From Cyanobacteria bacterium P01_A01_bin.123 (lineage in GTDB: Bacteria; Cyanobacteriota; Cyanobacteriia; Phormidesmidales; Phormidesmidaceae), in the NCBI GenBank assembly GCA_039815185.1, contig JBCBZT010000009.1:96001-160000 (forward strand): a stretch of DNA of 64,000 bases, given 5' to 3'. Positions 47,701 to 55,913 of the stretch are shown piece by piece. The notes under the pieces are model-generated. The model did no database searches, was not told the origin of the DNA, and worked only from the letters and a program-made list of their open reading frames with translations. A program made the position numbers and the translations under genes. How positions within the stretch are numbered: position 1 is the first letter of the stretch; each line of letters starts with the position of its first letter.

Positions 47701-47805
47701 CTTGATCGCCACGGCGATCGCCTAGATGTGTCTACCCGCGCCCATTTAGAAGACAGCCGCGATCGCATTCAGCAAACGCTCAGCGCACGGCGCACGGCGG
47801 GATAG
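44740..47805 (+). CDS. Exported zinc metalloprotease (metzincin, DUF5117/DUF4953 type)
   Basis: HEVGHTLGLRH zinc motif, SVMDY Met-turn, PRLADERIGYF, NPLTGEILDAD. Confidence 0.9.
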   Translation: MRQRKVAKYWGIVVTRNARVLRTILKIGLGCLVGFALAISGLFANLTPAQLVSLPKTPQAKASQFEISPATSPSVASPAQTPSAELSRAAHTLVTLDGAESSSSGTKQPNPESSSTIKAAEENANGSENNGGLRPFDQVVGGLEPLAGMLTLYRDRDKGKLYLALTPQQLNRNFLLVTTLESGIGEAGLFNGWPISDQVIQFRRAPANRLQVVVPNFNFRGEGQQRQIENSYSDSILYGLPIVSIKADDTVLIDFSSLLLSNDLADLTGRLGWALGGYIPDSTTSYMSEVKAFPQNLEVEANIGFSGLSDGGVGGFPFGFGSLPDSRGFSISVHYSLSELPTDNGYRPRLADERIGYFVTAYQEPLAYERRDPFVRYVQRWHLERQPSNAELAPPKEPIVFWLENTVPERYRDAIREGALWWNAAFEQAGFANAIEVRQMPDDADWDPADVRYNTIRWSNSYRPWAVALGPSRVNPLTGEILDADVIIDANIIRQLRGEYQNLAGNGSDNTYLYSQLCGHRFQAHIERWLAMQQGMDLAEVMQQGFELPGLSLADHDVTHNTCFGVESSRQLAFGGLMLSTLRLDPANPTAVNAYIQQYLSMLTAHEVGHTLGLRHNFQGSLLRSPDELNDPSLTQTEGIANSVMDYFPANLAPPGAPQADYFPNQVGAYDRLAVEYGYTDTGAMHPNQEVRTLEAIAQRMSIEGLAYATDEDIFSFLDPEAQAFDLSSDPMQFAQWQMDNAREHWQRLDGAYLLPEQGYEELRDRFETVYWYYANQVFTLSGYVGGQNFSRQRAGDSAISGRLPFEPVPIEQQRQALALLNTYVFAPDAFQFSPTLINQLAPERWYHWGSLPIIAPLEYPIYDRVSFLQGLALIDVLSGARLSRLQSVAIGDAASETLSIPELFDTVQGDVWQELADSDTGNVSTLRRGLQRHYLDILTGLVLQNPSQPTNFLELVIAFETLYAPEDAKVIARYKLRQLAQDIQTSLDRHGDRLDVSTRAHLEDSRDRIQQTLSARRTAG

Positions 47806-47819
47806 ACGTAGGGATTAGG

Positions 47820-48185
47820 TTATTCGGCATAAACGGTTTCATCTGCTTTTTGCCAAGCTGGATCCACGATGCAAATAAACACCAGCGGTTGGTCGCCGCA
47901 GTTGTGAATAAACTGTTTGGCACTGGGCGGGATGTAAACGGCATCTCCTGCTTCTACACGCTGAGTTTCGTCATTGATGTGCATCTCTCCTTGACCGCTG
48001 AGAATGTAATACACCTCAGTTGTTTTCAAGGCATGGGTAGCAGAGGTTTGGCCCACAGGGACAATGGCGTGAGCCAAACTGTAGCGCAGGGCTAGCGGCT
48101 GTTTGTCTGGATGCAAGAGTTCTCGCAGTAGGGTGCCGTCACCTGCGACAAACTCTGGACAGTCCATTAGTTTTTGTATGAGCAT
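47820..48185 (-). CDS. Cupin domain protein
   Basis: H.LKTTEVYYILSGQGEM...GDAVYIPP. Start taken at MLIQK. Confidence 0.88.
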   Translation of the reverse strand: MLIQKLMDCPEFVAGDGTLLRELLHPDKQPLALRYSLAHAIVPVGQTSATHALKTTEVYYILSGQGEMHINDETQRVEAGDAVYIPPSAKQFIHNCGDQPLVFICIVDPAWQKADETVYAE

Positions 48186-48318
48186 TGCAAGTTGCCTATT
48201 AGCTTTTCTCCTTAGCCAACATGAGTTCAACTAACAGAGTTGACTATTCACAATTTTTTCTGTGTACATATACAGACAATCTGTCTGATGTTCTAATCAT
48301 CCATCGTAGACAGCATTC

Positions 48319-48525
48319 TTACTGCCCACGCTCCGGCTTACAATCTGCAAAGCCCAGTGCCTTACTGTCCAGAAAGCTGGCAATTGCCATTTCAACGACA
48401 GTCTCAACTGGATACTCTACTTCAGCGGCACGAGTGACTAAATCTGCACGAATTTGCTCAGATAATCGCCCTAAAATCACTTCAGCATCAGTAGGGGAAA
48501 GTTGCTCTTGAAGTTTGGCCTGCAT
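48319..48525 (-). CDS. Small hypothetical protein (possible RHH-like)
   Basis: 68-aa ORF with GAAGGTG RBS; YPVETVVEMAIASFLD pattern. Confidence 0.65.
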   Translation of the reverse strand: MQAKLQEQLSPTDAEVILGRLSEQIRADLVTRAAEVEYPVETVVEMAIASFLDSKALGFADCKPERGQ

Positions 48526-48597
48526 GGCATCACCTTCCAGTTGGGGTTTGAGCGTTGTAAGGGGGTTCAGTTGCCTGAGGTTAAGCTGTGATTCGCT

Positions 48598-48859
48598 TCA
48601 GCACTGTTTACGTAGGTGAAAGCTGATGGTAGCCACATCGCCCTTTAGTCTCGGGATATCTACACCCTCGCGGCGAACATGCTGATGGGCACCATGCTTA
48701 CCTGCGGTAGCTACTGCTCTAATAAGCTCTGCAAGCTCAAGCAGCGAATTCTCAGAACCACAAAGTATCGATCTCAACATGATGATGACCCCCGTCAGGA
48801 TCGGGGCTATTTAATCCATATATAAAGGCTTCTAATATATCTGACGTGCACGTTTTCAT
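48598..48859 (-). pseudogene. Frameshifted small gene, Imm32-like immunity protein
   Basis: ATG 48859 MKTC...GGHHHVEI joins ILCGSENSLLELAELI...GAHQHV if one base at about 48769 is removed. Confidence 0.45.
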
Positions 48860-48989
48860 TAATGCTCTGACTGTGGGGTATCTGCGTTCAGAACTCTAAA
48901 AGAAGATGACTATGCAAGCGAAGTTTCTGCTGCAAATAGGTGATAAACAAGCCTAACGATTTCAAAGTTCACAGGGGTAAACTCTATCC

Positions 48990-49382
48990 CTAGCCATCTA
49001 CCTTTGCCACAGGCAGATGCCACTGGGCCGACTCAAAATCCTCACAGCCAATCGCTGTTTCAGAGAGGGCATCGGTCGGATGTACGGGGCATTTAAGATG
49101 GTAGTTTTGGGTGAAATATTTGCAATCAGCACAGGGGATACGGTGCATGGTTTGAGCACGAGAAAAGCCATCGCGGAGGGCACTCCAAAGGGTCCACACA
49201 CTAATGCCCACAATCAGCCAAGCCAAGCCAAAACATAGCGGTACCCGCATCGGCTGAATCCACTCGATCAGTTGATATAGGCCACGCAACACAAATACGA
49301 TGACAAAATCCACGATTGCTAACGATTCTAAATTCTTGTTTCTACGAGCATAGAAAGAATATCTAACTGCGATCGCGGACAT
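48990..49382 (-). CDS. Conserved membrane protein with C-terminal Cys-rich motif
   Basis: TM helix, then MHRIPCADCKYFT.NYHLKCPVHP..A....AIGCEDF. The true start is likely downstream of 49382. Confidence 0.75.
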   Translation of the reverse strand: MSAIAVRYSFYARRNKNLESLAIVDFVIVFVLRGLYQLIEWIQPMRVPLCFGLAWLIVGISVWTLWSALRDGFSRAQTMHRIPCADCKYFTQNYHLKCPVHPTDALSETAIGCEDFESAQWHLPVAKVDG

Positions 49383-49431
49383 TTACAGGACTTTGTGTTT
49401 CGTTGCATGTCTTGCCAATCTAGCCCCCCCA

Positions 49432-50244
49432 TCACCGTTCGGCATTTCGCAGCAAATCCAACCGCAGCTGGTGGGCTGGACTCAAAAGCCGATAAAAGGC
49501 TAGCAACACTATCCCAAACGTCCCAAGCGCCGTCCCTGAGGCAATCATAAAGACAATCACGATCTGATACCGCACTGCATCGATAGGACTAGCCCCCGCG
49601 AGAATTTGGCCAGTCATCATACCGGGTAGACTAACCAGGCCCATCACCATCATGGAGTTGGTGATCGGAATCATGCCCGTCCTTACTGCCTCTTGAATCT
49701 GCGGGCGAGCTGCTTCCCAACGAGTTGCTCCCAAGGCCAGTAGCGTTTCAACTTGGGTTTGCTGGTTGACCAAGCTTGCCATGAAGCGGTCTAGACCGAG
49801 GGAAACCCCATTGAGCGTGTTGCCCAACACCATGCCCAGCAAGGGAATCAGGTACTGCGGGTCATACCAGGGATCGACTCGGATGATTGCCCCTAATGCC
49901 AACCCCGTTACTATCGCTGCCGCAACCAACACTGATAAAACACTGTTCCAGTACATGCCCGCAAAACGTCGTTTGGTGCGTCCGACGGCGGATTGTCCGG
50001 CGACGCCAGCCATCAGCAGACCGATGGCAACGATTAGCCAGGGATTTTGCTGGCTAAATAACCACTCCAATACAAACCCAATTAGCAGCAGTTGAACCAC
50101 CATGCGCAGGCTGGCAATGATCAGGGATTGGGTTAGCCCTAGACGAAAGGCAATCGAAATGCCCAAGTTGGCGATTATCAACAACGCAGCTAAGACAAGC
50201 TGGCTGTAGGAAATATCGAGATAATCAGTTGTCATGACTGGCAA
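49432..50244 (-). CDS. fetB: UPF0014/FetB-type ABC permease
   Basis: RMVVQLLLIG, IPLLGMVLGN, GLVSLPGMMTGQILAGASPIDAVRYQ. Confidence 0.9.
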   Translation of the reverse strand: MPVMTTDYLDISYSQLVLAALLIIANLGISIAFRLGLTQSLIIASLRMVVQLLLIGFVLEWLFSQQNPWLIVAIGLLMAGVAGQSAVGRTKRRFAGMYWNSVLSVLVAAAIVTGLALGAIIRVDPWYDPQYLIPLLGMVLGNTLNGVSLGLDRFMASLVNQQTQVETLLALGATRWEAARPQIQEAVRTGMIPITNSMMVMGLVSLPGMMTGQILAGASPIDAVRYQIVIVFMIASGTALGTFGIVLLAFYRLLSPAHQLRLDLLRNAER

Positions 50245-50923
50245 TAAATTGCTGGAGATTTAGCTGTTTGGAAGTGACCCGATCAATCTGGTTGGGATCG
50301 TGGCTGGTCCAGATGCAGGCGCGATCAGGCGCAGCTTGCAGCCAGTGGTTGAGTAATGCTTCGACTTGGGTTGTGGTTTCTGGATCGAGGGAGGCGGTGG
50401 GTTCATCGAGCAGCAGCACTTGGGGGTTTAGCTGCAACGCCCGTAATAACCCTAAAATTTGGCTCTCTCCCCCGGACAACTGAGGCGCTGATAGGGATAG
50501 GAACTCAGGGCGACGGTTGAGCGCTGCTAAGTCATTCAAGGTGCGATCGCGATCGTAGGTGCGATCGCGATGGGCTGAAAGTTGAAACACCATTTTGAGA
50601 TTTTGCTCAACACTACCCTCAAATAAGCTGGGCCGTTGGGGGAGATAGATCACTTTGGTGCGGTAAATGGGCAGTGACCACTGCGATAAAGATTTGCCTG
50701 CAAAGGAGACAGTCCCCGCTTGGCACGAGTCCAACCTCACCAAAGCCCGCAACAATAAGGTTTTGCCCGAACCTGAAGGGCCAACGAGTCCCAGCCGCAT
50801 GTGGGGTTTGAGGGCAAAGGTGACGCCCTGCCAAAGCCAACGTCCAGACAGCTTGCGACCCAAATGCTCGACTATGAGCAGAGGTGTTGATGGAGAGATT
50901 GAGCGAGCTTGGGTATCAGACAT
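50225..50923 (-). CDS. ABC transporter ATP-binding protein (FetA-like)
   Basis: GPSGSGKT, LSGGE, LLLDEPT; overlaps the permease start. Confidence 0.9.
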   Translation of the reverse strand: MSDTQARSISPSTPLLIVEHLGRKLSGRWLWQGVTFALKPHMRLGLVGPSGSGKTLLLRALVRLDSCQAGTVSFAGKSLSQWSLPIYRTKVIYLPQRPSLFEGSVEQNLKMVFQLSAHRDRTYDRDRTLNDLAALNRRPEFLSLSAPQLSGGESQILGLLRALQLNPQVLLLDEPTASLDPETTTQVEALLNHWLQAAPDRACIWTSHDPNQIDRVTSKQLNLQQFIASHDN

Positions 50924-50997
50924 TGGGATTAACTAGAACCAGAGCCTCCAAGTTTCTAGCCTACAATCGAATCAAACCAAAGCTTCCTGAAGCTACT

Positions 50998-51088
50998 ATG
51001 CCTTCACCTTTTCCAGGAATGGATCCCTACCTACAAATTTTCTGAGGCTGACCAAGCCTGGATCAATACTTTGCATGCGCCGACTTGA
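50998..51088 (+). pseudogene. Internally deleted DUF4058 gene
   Basis: Typical DUF4058 N-terminus MPSPFPGMDPYL fused out of frame to a C-terminal-like KFSEADQAWINTL. Confidence 0.7.
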
Positions 51089-51193
51089 CTCATACTGTTC
51101 GATTGATTTTCGCGATAGGATTTGAGTAAGGACATGGTATGCCGGACTGCGGATCCCATGTGGCCGATATTGAGTTAGGACAGGCAGGCAACA

Positions 51194-51412
51194 ATGTTTA
51201 TGGATGAACTTACCCCCATTTTTACAGAATTGGTGGGCCAGCCAGTTGCTTTCTTCGGCGGGCTGTTTTCGGGTGTCTTCCGTCTCAACCTAGAAGACGA
51301 TCCGGTCAAAACCTGGCTAGATAACCAAGCAGGAGCATCGACTGGAACCACACCTAGCGACCATACTCATAATGGCAAAGCCAATGGTCCACAGACCATT
51401 TCAATTGATTAA
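51194..51412 (+). CDS. Small conserved cyanobacterial/plastid protein (UPF0426-like)
   Basis: QPVAFFGGLFSGVFRLNLEDDPVKTWL...GPQTISID. Confidence 0.8.
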   Translation: MFMDELTPIFTELVGQPVAFFGGLFSGVFRLNLEDDPVKTWLDNQAGASTGTTPSDHTHNGKANGPQTISID

Positions 51413-51436
51413 TCGCCAGATAAACGTCAATAATCT

Positions 51437-51904
51437 ATGGATGGTTGCGGGTTAACCCTACCCCAAGATCTAACGTCGGGGAAACCGACGTTGATTGCTG
51501 ATGAATGTATTTGGGTACAAGTGTGGCGGAGGACACGCACGAATAACGCCTTGATTGAAGTGATTGTGACCCGGCGATCGCTACCAGATACTTCTCTCAA
51601 ACAGTTCATTCAGTGCCAAACCAGCACATGGATTAAGATTGACGCCCAGACAGATATTGCTATACCAGGTGCGCTCAAGGCCAAACGGGTCGAAGGGCTA
51701 GTGAATATCTACGAAGATCCGGTACCAGAGTGCAACGAACACATCACGGTAGTTTACGCCCTGAATCATCAATACGAATTATTTACCCTGGCAGTGCGAA
51801 CCCTGCCCCAAGTGGCCCAAGGTGCTCGGGCTGAAATTGAATCCTGGATTGCTTCCTTTAGGCTTGATGCCACCAAAGCGCGAAGATCAGCACCTTTCTG
51901 TTAA
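51437..51904 (+). CDS. Hypothetical protein (possible PsbP/DcrB-like fold)
   Basis: 155-aa ORF filling the gap; beta-rich with a C-terminal helix ending ASFRL. Confidence 0.5.
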   Translation: MDGCGLTLPQDLTSGKPTLIADECIWVQVWRRTRTNNALIEVIVTRRSLPDTSLKQFIQCQTSTWIKIDAQTDIAIPGALKAKRVEGLVNIYEDPVPECNEHITVVYALNHQYELFTLAVRTLPQVAQGARAEIESWIASFRLDATKARRSAPFC

Positions 51905-51932
51905 GCGAGATCATTCTCTGGATGGGATAACG

Positions 51933-54900
51933 ATGGCACAGATCGTTCTGATTGCTGGATTTGAAGCCTTTAACACCGAGCTATACCGGGAAGCAACGAA
52001 GCTTGCTATGGCCCGTTGCCCAGGGCTGGAAGTTCAGGTGTTTTGCGATCGCGATATTACTATCCAACCTGATGCTATCGCTTCTGCTTTAGCCACCGCC
52101 GACGTCTTCTTTGCCAGCTTGATTTTTGACTACGACCAAGTCCTATGGCTTAAAGAACGGGTGGCCGATATTCCAGTGCGGCTGATTTTTGAGTCTGCTT
52201 TGGAACTGATGGCCCTAACCTGCCTGGGCAAATTCACCATCGGCGAAAAGCCTAAAGGCATGCCCAAGCCGATCAAGTTTATCCTCAGCAAATTTGGCAG
52301 CGGCAAAGAAGAAGACCGCCTCGCAGGCTACATCAGTTTTCTGAAAGTTGGCCCCAAGTTACTGAAATTCTTACCCGGTCGCAAACTTCAGGACCTGCGC
52401 AACTGGCTGATCATCTACGGCTACTGGAATGCAGGCGGAGCCGAGAACGTCGCTGCCATGCTGCAATACCTCGCGCAAGCGTATTTGGGGTTAACCGTCG
52501 GGGAAATTCCACCCGCAATTGAAACCCCCAACATCGGTTTGCTGCACCCAGACTATGACGGCTATTTTGAATCACCTCAGGCGTATTTGGATTGGTATGT
52601 CAGTCGGGAGTCAGAAAAGGCAGAAGGCAGAAGGCAGAAGGCAGAAACAATCCAAAATTCCTCCCCATTCCCCCATCCCCCCACCTCCCCATCTCTTCAA
52701 TACGCTCAGGACAAGCTCCTCCCCTCCCCTCCCGTCATCGGCATCCTCCTCTATCGTAAGCACGTCATCACCCGCCAACCCTATATCCCCCAACTAATCC
52801 GTCAGTTTGAACAAGCGGGACTCATCCCCTTACCGATTTTTATCAACGGTGTGGAAGGTCACGTGGCGGTACGAGATTTGATGACCACGGAGTATGAACA
52901 GGAGCAGCGGGCGAAGGGACAGATTGAGACCGCTTCCCTTTCCTCATCTGCAGTCAAAGTCGATGCGATCGTCTCTACCATTGGCTTTCCCCTGGTGGGT
53001 GGGCCAGCTGGGTCGATGGAGGCGGGGCGGCAGGTGGCGGTGGCAAAGCGTATCCTCAGCGCTAAAAATGTGCCTTACTTTGTTGCTGCACCGCTGCTGA
53101 TTCAAGATATTGCTTCTTGGACGCGCAAAGGCATAGGTGGACTGCAAAGCGTCGTGCTCTATGCCCTACCGGAACTCGATGGGGCGATCGATCCGGTGCC
53201 CCTGGGGGGACTGGTGGGGGACAAAATTTATCTGGTGCCCGAGCGGGTACAGCGGTTGACCAGTCGGGTAAAGCAGTGGGTTGAACTACGGCGGAAGCCG
53301 GTGAGCGATCGCAAAATTGCCCTGATTCTTTACGGCTTCCCCCCAGGCTACGGGGCAACTGGAACAGCCGCCTTGCTCAACGTGCCTCAATCTTTGATTT
53401 ATGTTTTGCAGGCGTTGAAAGCGGCTGGGTATACCGTCGGAGATTTGCCAGCAGACGGTGAGACCTTAATTGAAAAGGTCAAAGCTGCCGATGAAGCAAT
53501 CCCGGCCCAGATCCCTGGGTTCTTCGGAGAACCCAGGGATCTACAACCACCCGTCACGGTTTCCGTCAGAACCTTAGAAAAATGGCTGACCTATGTGCAG
53601 CGGCACCGCATGGAGAAGCAGTGGGGCAACTTTACCCGCACCGGGATTAAGACCTGGGGAGATGAGTTTTTGCTGGGGGGTGTGCAGCTGGGCAATGTCT
53701 GGATTGGGGTGCAGCCCCCTTTAGGCATTGCTGGAGATCCGATGCGGCTGATGTTTGAGCGAGATCTGACGCCCCATCCCCAGTATGCGGCCTTCTATGA
53801 GTGGCTCAAGCGAGATTTCCAAGCCGATGCGGTGGTACATTTTGGCATGCATGGCACGATGGAATGGTTACCGGGTTCACCCTTAGGCAATACGGGTTAC
53901 TGCTGGCCCGATGCCCTGTTGGGCAATACTCCCCACCTATACCTCTACGCCGCGAATAACCCTTCAGAATCCATGCTGGCGAAGCGGCGGGGCTATGGGG
54001 TGTTGATTTCTCACAATGTGCCGCCCTATGGACGAGCTGGACTATATAAAGAGCTGTTGACCCTGCGAGATTTGATCGCAGAGTATCGGGAAGACCCCCA
54101 GAAAAATGCAGTCCTGCGGGATGCGATTTTGAAAGCGATCGCGGATTCTGGTCTCGATGCCGACTGTCCGTTTACTGAAGCCCAAAAGCTCGGCATTGAG
54201 TTCACGCCCGAAAATGCTCGCATGTTTAGCCCGGAGGTGTTCAACCACTACATTGTCGATCTGTATGACTATCTGCAAGTGCTAGAAACACGGCTGTTTT
54301 CCAGCGGCTTGCATGTCTTGGGTCAAGCACCGACGATAGACCAATTGCAAAGTTATCTAGCGGCATATTTTGGGGAGGGGTTAAAGGGTGAGGTCGTAGA
54401 GGCGATCGCGCGAGCAGAGGAGCGGGGGAGTGGGCTTCGACGTGAGCTCAGCCGAACGGGAGTGGGGGGAGAGATTGCTGACTCTGCTTATGATCCTTTT
54501 GCCGATCATGAGGCTGCTGCCAAAACCATCCTCCAGCGGTTCTATGGGCGAGAAACAGACAAGACTCAGCTAGCGCAGATTCAAGGGCGGATTATAGAGG
54601 CTTTGAGCATTTGCGATCGCTTGGCCCAAACCCCCGACGAAATTACAAATCTGCTGCGAGGACTCAATGGCGAGTACATTCCGCCCGCGCCGGGGGGCGA
54701 TTTGTTGCGGGATGGGCCGGGAGTACTTCCCACGGGGCGTAATATTCATGCCTTAGATCCCTACCGGATGCCGTCTCCGGCAGCGAATGCGCGGGGACGA
54801 GAAATTGCCCGTAAAATCATGGCTCAGCATCTGGCAGAACAGGACGCTTACCCGGAAACGGTGGCCGTGATGCTATGGGGGCTAGATGCGATTAAGACCA

Positions 54901-55913
54901 AGGGAGAATCGCTGGGAATTTTGCTGGAATTGGTCGGCGCAGAGGCTGTTAAGGAAGGGACCGGACGGATTGTCCGTTATGAACTGATTCCGTTAGAACA
55001 GCTGGGTCATCCCCGGATTGACGTACTGGGCAATTTATCTGGGATTTTTCGAGACAGTTTTGTCAATATCATCGAGTTGCTGGATGATTTATTCCAGCGG
55101 GCGGCGACAGCCGATGAACCCGAGGAGCAAAATTACATTCGCAAGCACGTGCTGGCATTACAGGCAGATGGGGTAGAAAATGCAGCGGCGCGTTTATTTT
55201 CTAATCCAGCGGGGGACTATGGTTCCCTCGTGAACGATCAGGTCGTGGATGGGAACTGGGAAAACAGTGCGGAATTGGGGGCGACCTGGCGCGATCGCAA
55301 CGGGTTTAGCTATGGCCGCAGCGATAAGGGGCAAGCCCGCCCCGAAATCCTCAAGACCCTACTGAGGAGTACCGATCGCATTGTGCAAGAAATCGATTCG
55401 GTCGAGTATGGACTGACCGACATTCAGGAATACTATGCCAACACCGGAGCGCTCAAACAAGCCGCAGAACAAGCCGGGGGAAAATCCGTAACCGCCAGCT
55501 TTGTAGAAAGTTTTTCGAAGGACACCACCCCCCGCAGGTTGGACGATCTGCTGCGTATGGAATATCGAACTAAGCTGCTCAACCCTAAGTGGGCTGAGGC
55601 AATGGCGGCCCAGGGCAGCGGCGGTGCCTATGAAATTTCCCAGCGAATGACGGCAATTATCGGTTGGACGGGCACGACGAATTTCCAAGATCAATGGGTC
55701 TATGACCAGGCCGCTCAAACCTATGCTTTAGATGCAACGATGGCTGAGCAGTTGCGCAAAGCAAACCCAGAAGCCTTTCGCAACATTGTGGGACGATTGA
55801 TTGAGGCTAATAGCCGGAATTTTTGGCACCCTGATGAAGAGACTGTGGAAAAACTACAGGCCCTCTATGATGAAGCTGACTTGACCTTAGAAGGCGTTGT
55901 CAGTCCTGGCTAG
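51933..55913 (+). CDS. bchH: Magnesium chelatase subunit H (BchH-type paralog)
   Basis: VSTIGFPLVGGPAG, PELDGAI, HFGMHGT.EWLPG, ANNPSE..LAKRRG, LPTGRNIHALDP, RTKLLNPKW. Start taken at MAQIVLIAGFE. Confidence 0.92.
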   Translation: MAQIVLIAGFEAFNTELYREATKLAMARCPGLEVQVFCDRDITIQPDAIASALATADVFFASLIFDYDQVLWLKERVADIPVRLIFESALELMALTCLGKFTIGEKPKGMPKPIKFILSKFGSGKEEDRLAGYISFLKVGPKLLKFLPGRKLQDLRNWLIIYGYWNAGGAENVAAMLQYLAQAYLGLTVGEIPPAIETPNIGLLHPDYDGYFESPQAYLDWYVSRESEKAEGRRQKAETIQNSSPFPHPPTSPSLQYAQDKLLPSPPVIGILLYRKHVITRQPYIPQLIRQFEQAGLIPLPIFINGVEGHVAVRDLMTTEYEQEQRAKGQIETASLSSSAVKVDAIVSTIGFPLVGGPAGSMEAGRQVAVAKRILSAKNVPYFVAAPLLIQDIASWTRKGIGGLQSVVLYALPELDGAIDPVPLGGLVGDKIYLVPERVQRLTSRVKQWVELRRKPVSDRKIALILYGFPPGYGATGTAALLNVPQSLIYVLQALKAAGYTVGDLPADGETLIEKVKAADEAIPAQIPGFFGEPRDLQPPVTVSVRTLEKWLTYVQRHRMEKQWGNFTRTGIKTWGDEFLLGGVQLGNVWIGVQPPLGIAGDPMRLMFERDLTPHPQYAAFYEWLKRDFQADAVVHFGMHGTMEWLPGSPLGNTGYCWPDALLGNTPHLYLYAANNPSESMLAKRRGYGVLISHNVPPYGRAGLYKELLTLRDLIAEYREDPQKNAVLRDAILKAIADSGLDADCPFTEAQKLGIEFTPENARMFSPEVFNHYIVDLYDYLQVLETRLFSSGLHVLGQAPTIDQLQSYLAAYFGEGLKGEVVEAIARAEERGSGLRRELSRTGVGGEIADSAYDPFADHEAAAKTILQRFYGRETDKTQLAQIQGRIIEALSICDRLAQTPDEITNLLRGLNGEYIPPAPGGDLLRDGPGVLPTGRNIHALDPYRMPSPAANARGREIARKIMAQHLAEQDAYPETVAVMLWGLDAIKTKGESLGILLELVGAEAVKEGTGRIVRYELIPLEQLGHPRIDVLGNLSGIFRDSFVNIIELLDDLFQRAATADEPEEQNYIRKHVLALQADGVENAAARLFSNPAGDYGSLVNDQVVDGNWENSAELGATWRDRNGFSYGRSDKGQARPEILKTLLRSTDRIVQEIDSVEYGLTDIQEYYANTGALKQAAEQAGGKSVTASFVESFSKDTTPRRLDDLLRMEYRTKLLNPKWAEAMAAQGSGGAYEISQRMTAIIGWTGTTNFQDQWVYDQAAQTYALDATMAEQLRKANPEAFRNIVGRLIEANSRNFWHPDEETVEKLQALYDEADLTLEGVVSPG
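52605..52730 (+). repeat. In-frame repeat insertion: AGGCAGA x4, CCCCAT-type repeats and a CTTC..ACGCTCAGGACAAGC element
   Basis: Heptamers at 52618-52645; C-rich repeats at 52660-52693; element at 52695-52717. Confidence 0.8.
53509..53542. repeat. Perfect 15-bp-arm hairpin inside bchH
   Basis: AGATCCCTGGGTTCT-TCGG-AGAACCCAGGGATCT. Confidence 0.9.
54426..54466. repeat. 23-bp element flanked by 9-bp direct repeats inside bchH
   Basis: GGGAGTGGG-CTTCGACGTGAGCTCAGCCGAAC-GGGAGTGGG. Confidence 0.75.

Noticed and set aside
51822..51932. N-terminal extension of the Mg-chelatase ORF
   Set aside because: Overlaps the upstream gene; family similarity starts at ATG 51933.
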